Shown here piece by piece: positions 39,101 through 51,100 of a DNA stretch of 64,000 bases (positions are counted from its first letter, which is position 1; each line of letters starts with the position of its first letter). The stretch is from NCBI GenBank assembly GCA_000934665.2, contig KZ538008.1, positions 186,001 through 250,000 of the forward strand, written 5' to 3'. The notes below the pieces were generated by a model, which worked only from the letters and a program-made list of their open reading frames with translations, did no database searches and was not told the DNA's origin. A program made the translations under genes and the position numbers. Source of the stretch: Catajapyx aquilonaris (taxonomy: Eukaryota).

Positions 39101-42100
39101 TCTCCAGAATCCTTACATGGGCTCAGACATTACGAGCCGAAAGGCGACGTGAGAGAAGTTCTTCCTTTTACGTCTTTGCTCCCATTACATAAAAGAGTTA
39201 GTGGAGGTTGCCCTTCGACTGAATTTTCAATTTTCTCCAATCCTTTGATAAATTTATTAGGTTTCTCAAGTCTTTTCTTAGTAGCACGTCGCATATTCAA
39301 CATTTCCTCCATGAGGCCCTAATAGACATGGAATCAATTTCCACGTCTATCAAGTGATAACAACATCGACCAGCTATATTAACATTCCTGACGGAAAAGT
39401 CCCAATTTCCTTTTTCTACCCGACTCTCACTTTCCCGGGAATTGCCAACGCCGCCATTTTTCGCTCAATTAACCGATATGGCGGCTTCAAAATGTAGGGT
39501 CGCCTCCAAAAATGCACATTCAGTAGTTTACCGCCATACTGGACCAACCTGTCCCTAAAAATTTGGCATGGACCTGGTCCAGCTAGTCACGAAATGGAAT
39601 CCTGATTTCACGCTCCGTAAGAGATGTGTTTCCGGTTGATCGACCCTGTTCGGTTGGGAAGGGCATAATACCAACCAGTCATCTAACCATCTCTTTTATC
39701 TTCCACTCCAGTGCTGGTGCTATGCCTGCCCCTGTACTCATCCAGCCTGAAGCTCCTTCTGGCCGCAGCCAAGAAGAGCCAACAAAAGCAGCCTCCGGAC
39801 AAGCATAAGCCCCTACTAGCCATCAATCTGGACACCCGCCCTGTGTCTTCTTGGCCCTCGGAAGCCCTTCGGAATTCACCAGTCTCCTTACTACTGTTAG
39901 CTCCATCCGAGGCTACGGATACTCTCAACAAGTCCTTTAAGGTAAATCACTTGCGGACCTCGTCAAGGCGGGCTACGTGGAAAGCATCAGTTGCGGAGCC
40001 CCCAGAAATTGATCGTAGAAATGTAACACCTAACTGGGACGGGGTTGAGGTAGGGAAGGATAAATAGGGGCTGATAAGGACTGTGGAGGGAACAGTGTTG
40101 CGGTCGGCCTTGCACCGTGTTTATAGCGGAGATTGTCGAGAAACTGCGGGGAAACCGGATGCTGGAAACGTCGTTATATTCTGTTGGCAGATGCCGACTC
40201 CACTCCGCCAATCACAGGCTGGGGATACACCTATACTAGCAGCAGGTTTCGCAGAGCGGCTGCCAAGAATTGCTTGTGCTTTGTTTCAACGTCTTGCTAT
40301 CTGCAGGTTTAATTGTTAGCTATCGTGTGTGTGGTTTAGGTAAACAGAATGTATAATTCGACATAATTTGATAGTTACCCCTTAATTTGTGTTGGTACAA
40401 CGGATCCTAATTAACCGTGTGTGTTGGACGTAGGTTCGTCCCATCCCTGTATTTTAAATAATTTTAAGGTTTATTTAGGTCCTTTTTACACAAAAAGACT
40501 GATTTATCCGAAATATCATTTAGTGGCTGCCTCAGTTTCATGTGTACCGCATTTGGGCCATTAGCTTCGACTTAGAAGATCCATAGTTCCGCAAGGTAGC
40601 TTTCATAGGAGCAAGGAAGTTACAATTTAGTCATAGAGCGATGAAGAATTAATTCTCCCTTCACCGCTTAGGAAGCATAAAACATGAAACGCCATCTTGG
40701 CTCCTGCGGAAGGCCTAATTCGAGCTGCTCAACAAGCTACAGCTTCTGAAGCTTTAAATGTGGAACTCTATAATTATAGAATAGAACAGTATACTAGAGC
40801 TGTATTCAATTCTCTGGACTACAGATATAACTTAATAAATGGTTTCTTTAAAGGCTTTTAAGAGCCCTCTAATTATAGTAACGGTACACCTACATCCAGA
40901 TTTGTCAGGCATATTTAAACCGCTGTGACAAAATGCAATGTCATTTTAGGACTCAAAAGCGACAATTCGCGGTGGCATGCACTGCTCCTGGACAGCAAAA
41001 GTACAAACATCTGTTTTATTTACAGGCAAGACCATCAAAGCAACATGCAGTACAAAATTCACCAACAAGGTCGCGTTTTAGGGATACAGTTGTTTGAGTG
41101 AGGTAGAAGGGCCAAAGGGGCAACCTCAGTGGAAGTAGCACGACTACATCATGTCCGCCCACAAAACCGACCTGACTTTGCAGTGTGGAAGAGTATTGAT
41201 CATCAATCTGCAACTTTAATCCCGTGCACGAAGGTTCTTGTAAAGCTTCCCTGTAAGATGATTACGTTGTGTCAGGACTTAACGACCTGTCACCGACAAA
41301 TATCATAAATAACTTTGAATTACACGGTATCGGCCAACCACGAGTAGGCTTAGGATGAGAACGTAATTTATATCTCCAACATAATACTACATCTTCTGCG
41401 TTCAAGTAGCAATACAAAAGTGGCTATAAATATCTGTTGCAATGTTATACAACAACCACAATAATAACAATAAATGACAAACCAACCAGTGAATGTGAGG
41501 AGATAGCATCATTCCATCAATTTTATTCAATAACTGCTCTGTTGATAAAATTTTGTACTGATAAAACTGATAAAATTCTTCCCTATTGAAGTATTACAAT
41601 TCGTGAATAAGATATTCAGCATTTAGCGATACGCTAACCCAACACAGTTTATTGTGCTCAAGAGTTAAGTTAATAATTAAGACATGAGTAATGACGTCAC
41701 AGAATTTAAACTATTATGAAGATTCCCTGGCATTTTCCACTCCCACGTTCAGTCAGCACACTGCTTCTCGTTATTCAGCAGTTACTCCAAACACTTTTCA
41801 GCAAGAAGCGCTTGAAAAACAATTAGCGCTTTATTGAGGGAGAAAAAAATGCGATAGCGCAGACGCTTTTCCTCATCAGCGTCTCCTGTTACCCTCATTA
41901 AAATCAAGCGATGCTGAAGAAATCTGCAGTAAATTAAAATCCCCGCCAGTGTTCCGGCACCATTCCAATCAGGATAAAAAAGTTGACATTATGGTTCCAA
42001 TTTCAAATGTCAATGCAGGCTTTAATGAAACAAATAATAGGAATGGAGCAATAACAGAATATTCATTCAATACGATGAGATGGGAAGAGATAGTGTAATA

Positions 42101-45100
42101 TGAACTAAGCGTCCAACACAACTACACATAATAATTTATCACATTCTTATACTAATATAAAATTATATCGGCATTAGTTATTTCTGAGTGTGTTTTACAG
42201 TAACAAAAAATGTGAACCTGTAAATTTCAGTTTGTGCTGAAACATTGCCAAAGGTTATAAAAATTGTTATTTCCCTCTGATGATCTTGCAAAGTTTTAAT
42301 TAATTTTTCCCCTCTATGCAACTATAGGGTTGCAGAAAATGAAATTCTGACGCATAGGCCTGCAGGGGCTGTCCCTATATTGCATAATGCACTTATGGGG
42401 AAATAGAAAATCAACCCAGTTGTAACAGTTGCTGCGATAGGTAAAGAGGGAGGGGGAGACCTCGTTACTGGCTGATATTCTCTGCTTCAACATGGTCCGC
42501 TGGATATATGTCGAGAGTGCAATACAGTACAGTACATATTCATGGGATATGCCACGCTTGAGAGTATATGGAATAATTCACTTTCAGAGTACAGTACATC
42601 GAGATTTAGGGTAGGTTGTAAGAACACAAGTTATCAACAATTTTAAATGATTTATAATTGCCTTTAATTTGCCTCGATACAACCCGGTATAGGTGAAACC
42701 TGTTTCTATATTTTTTTGCATTTTGAATATTTTGCATTTTGTTGTTCTTTATTATTACATTTACATTTACTTTTTAAGGGCCAGAAAACAATGTGTAACA
42801 TGAGTATAGGTACAGCACGTGCAGTGCATCTATTTTCTATCAGGCGCATATACTCACTCTGTAATCCAGGTGGCATTATTCATACTAATTTAAAATATTA
42901 ATGAAGTAATCACTGTCAGTTGCCTATGTACAGTGCATAATGAAAACTTTATCTGGAATTCTATCCTAAATAACTGAGCCAACTTGCATTGTATTTTTCC
43001 TAAAACTAATAACTACTGTACAATCCAGCATCCCAATAGCGAATAACATAATTAAATAAAAATGCCGAACATTGAGCGTATATTTTGTTGCAAAGTATAA
43101 TATTTGTATAGACCTACACTCCGCAGGACCTCGAACTAAAATCGACTCCATTATATCAAGGTTATAACATGGGTTTAACGTATACGCGGCACCGACTTTA
43201 TTATAAACGGCCTGCACTGAGAAATAAACCTCCCCCGCCTCAATATCCGTGGTTTCTTCAAAAAGAATGCGCATTTCCTATGAAAATATATGGAATATAT
43301 GATGACCAAAATCAGATTGTAATGATTTCAAGACTTGAAGGTGTGCAATTATTTGAAGACGGCATCATCCTACAATGGGTCACTTATTCTCCAACATTTG
43401 AAGGGTCGCCCCGATGTAAGTGATTATTGTAACCCATGTCACTTACAACATTATTCGGGGCGACACTTCATTTCTCTACGGATCTGATCAGGCCAACAGA
43501 AGGTCCTCTTCAACGCCTATGCCTGACTTAATTTCGACCAAAATGTGAAATAATAGTGCAGTCTAATGTTAAGCATGACGGAAACATGTAAGTGTCGACA
43601 ATTTGGACACAGTAGAACTATTATTATGGCGGGATGCATAAAGATTGTCGTCCTCCCTGGTACGAATGACGTATTGACCCGCAGCATAATAAGCCAATTC
43701 CTGCAGTGAAAGATTTTCTTCAAGCTGGCAATAGCACAGCCTTCGTGAACCTGCTCATTCGCAGCAGATAACTTGCATTATGTAAATATGTCTGAGCATT
43801 CCCTTTGCAAATGGCGCCTCCTTTGTCTCTTCCCCACGCAGCCCCAGTCGGTGGAGGAGCGAGTGTTCGACAGCGTATCGCTCCTGTCCCGCAGCATCCA
43901 AACAACCCTGGACTCCACGGACGACAACAACAACACGTCGTCCTTGCTGGGCCTCCTCTCCTCCTCCGCCATCCTCTCCTTCAGAGACTCCCGTGGGCGG
44001 GAAGGCCAGCTTCTCAACGGCCAGAGACGAAGCCACGCCGTCCTCTGGCGATGGAACCCCTCCACCTCCCGGATGGACCACGAACTAGACTTAGGGCCAG
44101 GAAACGAACCGGAAGCGGAGTCCCCGTCCCTAGTCCCGCCCCTGGTTCCGGGCGACTCCCTGTGTCAACCCCGACACGACTGCGAAGCCACCAATGGAGG
44201 TAGGGGGTTTTGTGCATGCCCTAATTGAATTCGGTTCTCTTTTGTCGGGCCTCCGGGAACCTAATTGAGAGCTTCAGCGACTGGGGGAGCCCTTGTCGAC
44301 AGGGGTCCAAATGCCCACCGTCTTCCATTACCGCTATTAAAGTGTTCCGGGATACTGGCGTTTGGCATTAAAAAAGGTGGTCGCATGTTGATGTGTGCGG
44401 CCACAAGTACGACCCGAGTCAACGTTTCAGCGAGGGCATAAACTTAAGTCCTTTTACTGGCAGAGCCGTTTCGTTTCTTTACTGCTTTCTCTTGTGCCAC
44501 TTAAGACGTTAGGTCTGCTGGAGGGGCAAGGCGGGGACCTGAATTCCAGGACAATTTGGCCTTTAACTACGGGAAGTGGTTTCACGTTACATGAAGGTTT
44601 TGGACCGAGGGGTTAGTACCTACACGGGGGTTTAAGCCGCGTTCAAAGAGGGAGAGAGCTGCAAAACTTCGTAGATTAAGTACCGTCCTACAGTTCTGTG
44701 TAATTAACTTCCTCTACGGAGATGTAAAGATTCGTATTGATCATGGCTATACAGATGGAGATGTCAAGTAGGGTACACCAAGTTATGTTACAAGGGTTTA
44801 ATGGGAGTGTTAGTGTGTAAAAGCGAAAGTTTCGTACGATAAGTGGTAAAGGGCCCACTTCAAAAGTTTTACCGTTAAATACGAGCCTACAGTGATGTAT
44901 GCTTAACTCTCTAGAAAGTGCTTCAGGGATATGATTAAGCCTAAAGCTGGAGTCCTTATAGTCTGGAGATTTTACAGAACATAATAAGGACATATTTTTA
45001 AAATTTTCAGACTTACCATCGTAGACGTTCGCTCTAGAGGGCCCCATACATATTTTAACGGCAAAAACCGTATGATTATTATAATATGAATACAAAAACT

Positions 45101-48100
45101 TGTAACACTCAGCACGGTATAACTACCTGTCTATTATTACAAAAACAAAATTCCAACAATATTTTTATAACTTTGCTCGTATGCTTCCCAAAAATTAATA
45201 AAAAGCGTTTGACCATAATTGCAAACAATTCTTTACGTAAAAAGCGGCCCCACACTGCTAGCACTGCTCCCTTGACAAACGATTATTGCAGCTAATTAGT
45301 TTAACAATGCCTCGACGCGTCGTTATAAGTTTTTGAACATAGTAATATAGCTCCAGCGATGGCTAGACTTTCCGGGAGAGAGAGAGAGTGGAAGCCAGAC
45401 CGTAATTGCACCTTCCTGGTCGTGTCGTGCAAGAGTTTGAGGAAGAGAAGGGTTGACGACTTTGAAACTTTGCAAATAAGGTCGCTCCCCTGTTGTGCTC
45501 ATGACAGGAATAAAAGAAGACGATATCGAGTCTCTCATTATCCTTCCAAGGGCACGCAAGGCGAGACAGTTGACACTCGGAGATGAGAAATTTGAGCGAT
45601 GAAACGAATGCTACAGCTTTTAAATTACCTCTAGTTTCCAGAAATTTCAACTTGCCCAACCGTATACGATTCGATTACGGCTCCAGTTTAAGCAGTTGGC
45701 AGAAATGGGAAAGGAGATTAGATCAGGAGGAGGGAATGTGATCATCTGCGGCCTTGAAGTGGCTCAGGTATTATCATCATGCGAGTGGTTGAGTTTGCGC
45801 CAGACACTTCTTCAGGGTGAACAGACGTTCAAAGGCAAGGCAGTGCCACCATAAGCGGCTTCAGTGTGAATTACATGCCACCAGCTCCTTATTCCAACCC
45901 AAGGTCTGAGGCGCCTCCTCAATAATTATGTGTCCTCAAAAGCAAGCTTTGCCAGCTTAAAAGCGAAGAATACAATACGAGAAGCATCTACATGGGAAAG
46001 TATCCGCTGCAGATTCGTCATTCAAAAAAGGAGTCGCGAAGACCATGATGAAAGGACCAGACTTGTAAATGAGATATGGAGGATGAACTTGTTGCTATCT
46101 GTGGCGCAGCTCGGACTCGCTCTTTCTCACAAAGCCCACTCTTCTGCCATTGTGCGAACTCAATGGCAGCACCTGATCCGAGTGGAAAAGATGAGCAAAG
46201 AATAGCGACGGTGAGCAAAAGGGAACCGGCCCAGCATTCCGCTTCTATATATATTCCAATCGATCAGATAGGAACATCACTATACAGTATTTTCTCCGTC
46301 AGGTGGCAGCTTGCCAGTCGCAATTGAAAGCGCCCGGATTCGAATGGAAATTGTTGCGAATTTGTTCGGGCGAGAATAATATTTTTTGGAAAAGGCTCTC
46401 GCATGTTCAATTCCGAGAGTCCTTTTCGACGTCTTCCGTGAATTTCCACTTATATTGGTGGCTGTATCGTGGTTTCATTCGGAATATGATGGGTGAATGT
46501 CATGCAGGGTGAGGCATATTGTATACTATTGTAGGTAAATCCGCTTATTCTGCGTATAGTACGATTCAAATTAGTGACCGGATGCATAATTTTTCATGAC
46601 TATCGATATAATATGCTTATCATATTATAATAACCCGTACATTCACGGCTATCTACTACCGGTCTCAATTAGTTTCGCCCACTTTATCATGATCTTGAAG
46701 TAACTCTTCGCACAGGTCTGTGTGAGGAGGTGTGTGTGTGTGTTCTTCAAGACCAGGATAAAGTGGCCGAAACTAATTGAGACCGATAGCACCTATTATG
46801 TTTAACAATCTTCCATGCATGATATATTGTTACTGCTAATATGTAACGCTACCTTCATAGAATTAATACTGCATGCAGGATTAGCATATTACTCACTGTA
46901 TGCGTGTACTGTACAGTATCTGCCTATTGATGTGGACGTTGCAGCTATCAATTTTTGGTATGATCATGTTTATTTTAAACAGTATAAATAACGTTATCAA
47001 ATGTGAATGTCTAACACTTAGGCAAGTATTAGGTTCAGTATAAACTCCATAGGCACTAAATTGCTGTGAATATCCTAGCTTGACATTGAGGGTCACCTAT
47101 GCTGACCCTTTGGCACATGAGACTAAACCTATTTCCCCCGGCCGATATAGTATCGACCTTCCCACAATTCTCTACAGTACAATGCAGTATTTCACTAATA
47201 TCAGCAGCGAACATTTCTGACTGGTGCTTAAATCGAATGTTCTAATAAATCTAATATAACTGCTTAATAACAAGCAGCCTTATTTGTCCACTAAGTTGTT
47301 CATTATTTAGTAGTTATTTTAGTCAATTTATTAATTCACATTGACTCTTGAACTGTATCCTAAAATCTAAATACTATTTTTCGAATAGCCTACAGCCACA
47401 TCATTTCTAGACAGTGACATCCACACGTACGAAAATACACGTCCAAGTCACTTAAACTTATTGATGGGACAGTATCATCCTACATAAACAATTTTACTCC
47501 TCTTGAGAGCACCAATTTCCCACACTTACGCCACAACGACTGCAGAACACCCAGCGGTTTACGTGGACGTGAGAGAATTGCTCCAGCCACCTCGGTTATT
47601 TTTATAGATTTTTCTCGCCCTCCCTGGAACCAAAAGCTTCTCTTTTGCTGCCAAAGCGATACTTCTCTCCGCAATAACCGTGACTTCGTGCAGCATTAAC
47701 GATCGGCCCATTAGAACCTGATTGGAGATCTGCTCTGGTGAAGCACAGAATCTCGCATTTCGGAGGCTTAGATCGAATTTGGCGCAGCTGCTGCGACCCA
47801 TTCTCAAAAACCAGTGTATTCTAAACGCATATGGCGCATATCCTTACTTCTTATGGTGCAAGGCTACGTCTAAGAGCGGTTATAATTCGATAATAAAGCG
47901 CTGCAGGCCCTGATTTCTTTTCCCGGAAAGAATAGGGTTTGTGTCATAAATATTAATGGCGGTAATGGAAATGCAAAGTATCAGGAAATGAGGGAATAAT
48001 TGCTGCAAGAATGGCCAAGCAGGAGCATGCAGTCATCTTACTCGACAATATTACAGTATTACAAGTGGGAGTTACTTAGCCCCTGGCAAGCATGCTTCCC

Positions 48101-51100
48101 GGCGAACGGAAAAGACACTTGGGTTGCTCTGGTGAGTCAGGATAATCAACAGAATTACTGTAGATCCCAAGAAATATTTTCCTGCACTTTTATACCCAAA
48201 AAATATTTCCTGGCAGCGATGCAACCGGCCTTTAATGGTGATAACGGAATTTGTAATGTGTCACCCTCACATATGTCGTGCCTCAGTTTCCACTCTCATA
48301 ATTTATTCCATACCTCTTTCCCCTCAAAACAATGTATGCGGCAGGTTGGTCACATTGTAATCTGGGAGAGGACCAACGGTTGCATTATTTTTAAATTACA
48401 TTTTTGCTACCAGTTTCCGCTCCCGACCAATAAAATCGCCGCTTTTCAGTCTATTTCCGGCTTACAATTTGGCTGGGAACATTAAAAGAAGATTGAAATG
48501 CATATGCCACTGGCAAAGTACAAATGATCTGAGTGTGAGCCTACAAGTAATGGCCATGCAATTTTTGAGCGCAACCACCTCAGGCAGCAATAATGCGAAA
48601 ATTTTGATTATCCGCATTCGGCGGTCATGGGCCCTAATGAGTCTAGTAATGAACCCAGCAATAATGAAGGCCCACTTTTCCACGTATTGTGTTCATTTAC
48701 GACGACAAGTGTTACTGCTGGCGCTCCGAGTTGTCATCACTGGCTACTGCAACGCGTTGCATTCGGATCGAATTATTAATGAAGCTTTCAGCACAGGCGT
48801 GCAGCCTGCCAAATTAACACTTTCAACGTGGCAGGTACACCTGTAACATCTGTAGTTTTTTTTTTTTGGCCTCACTCCGCAGCAGTTGCCACTAACGGCT
48901 TGTTTTCCGTTAACGGGGGGCCTACATTTTCGTTGCAGAGGCACATGGAAATATGGCTTACCTGGTGGCGATTCTCTTGGGAGCTGGTGTCTTGGCTTCG
49001 GTGTCATTCTTCGGCGTCGCATGGGTCAGGTGAGTATCCCTGTAAAAAAGAAATTAATTTATAATCAGCATGCTTCATGGTGTTAAAAAGTTGTTTAAAA
49101 ACATGTCCTGGTAGCCAATTGCGAAAGTCGTAGATTCCACTGTAGTACTTTCACAAATATTTAGCCACTGAGGGAATGCGAGTAAGCAACTGTAATGCTG
49201 CTGTTAATGATAATAATTATCTTATCCCTAGCAAAACAGCGTTTGAACCTTACAGCTTCAGAATTATCATATCACACTCAAAGTTCCTTGTTAATTAGCC
49301 TCAGCACCCACAAAGATTATTGCAATTGAGCACTTCAGCCGCAACAACAATAATGGCCGAATCCTCAGTGGTCCGATAGCGTCCCATGCCGATGCCGGTG
49401 CGGATTAAATTGGGTGTAAATTCCGTAGAATTGTTCATTCACGTCACGGTGCATACCCCAACCCGAATTTCACCGCCTAAATATCAAATGGCTACCAATA
49501 CACATGTATACTTGCCACCACCGAGCGTTAATTGCTCGTCCGGGAACACTGATCCGGACGCTCAATATTAAACCACACGAGGGAAAAATATAGGGCAAAC
49601 CCTTAAAATACCCCGTGTTGCTAAGTGTGGCAACGTCCGTAAATTTAACTTTAATATAATCTTGTCTCATTAACGTGCGATTACTTCGCCTCATGACGCC
49701 CACAATTCCTCCAGGCAACACGTGACATTTGCAAACTAGTTAAGAGACAGGTCTTTGGAACGCGTGGTGTATCAAATGAAGACCTCAACTCAAGGATTTC
49801 GCTCATTAGCATAACTTGTCAGCTGAATTTAAAGTTAGAAATAATAAAGCCGTGCAGCTAATAACTGCCAAAAGAGATTAGTCTGCCACAGAGAGGCTTG
49901 CATGAAGACCTGTCCGTATAATGTTTTTTTGTGTGTAATATTATACGCAACTGATGACCTTTGATATGACCCTTCCAGGAGACAGCTCAGTTGGCGCCAT
50001 GTGCCCAAGGCCCAAAACAAGATTCTGCTGAAGGTGGCCGACCTGGCATGGGCCATGCCATCCGAGAGCAAGCGCGTGAGTGGGGAAAGGCTTTTCAGCC
50101 CCTGTGAAGCCTTTAGCCTGTCCACCGGACTGGAGGTTTCTCTACACGTACGCATGCTAAGAGCAAATTGGAACTTACAGTTAGACTTACTACGCAAGCA
50201 CTAGGCATATTAGGCCCAAGCATGTCTTCTCGGCTCTTGCACTCCAGAGAGTTCAGAATCGAATATCTTTAAATTCTTCTGTTGTAATCATCCAAAGTTG
50301 CCTTTGATGTGTGCTCAAAAGGACCGGTGTCCAGGTGATTGAAACCCATTTGGTTTCACTTGGCTGTGTCGCATCTCTATTGACCCTGCGCGGGAGCAAA
50401 CTCGATTTGGTTTTTCCGAGAAAAGAGAAGCTTGAATAGATTTTAAGTGAGATCAAAGGCCTTATCGATGCAGGGCTCGTGCTCCGCGGGAAAAGTTTCG
50501 GTAATCACAGAGGGGAGATAAAGGAGACAAAGCGCTGCCTCTTCTATGGCCGATAGTCTCAGCGACGAAGCTGTTACAGTCGCCTAATCGGGGACCTTTA
50601 CTTTCCAAGTAACAGATTTAGAAACGTCTCTTTCACTCGCTTTTTCCTCCATTTGAATTTTATCCAGCAGCAGACAAGTTGGCTGTCGCCTGGACTGTCT
50701 GCCGGGAATTGGAATTGAAAAAGTGGAAAACCGGAAGGATCGGGAGTGACACCGTGACGGAATATCCGGGCATGAAAACTAAGGAGCGTGAACTTTTAAA
50801 AGTGGAAGCCCCGACCATTATTCGCGCCAGGAAAAGTGCGAAGAGGAGCGAAACATTATTGGGATAGGCCATGTATTGAACATATTTTGCCAAAACATAG
50901 AACACTGGAATTGGCAACTTTTACATGAACAGTGACCGACAGGAGTATGTGTCCCTCTAATAAGACCGAGGGTCTCATCATGGAATAATAAAATAAATAA
51001 ATAAATAAATAACTAAACCAGTGGTCTACAAAAGAAATATTGTGCCACTAAAACACTTTTCCACAAGTAGCGTAATCCCATCATACTTGCGGTATTCGAG

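Noticed and set aside
41100..41250. LINE reverse transcriptase remnant on the - strand ([16 protein letters not shown])
   Set aside because: Lacks the PQG and YADD motifs; unsupported without a search.
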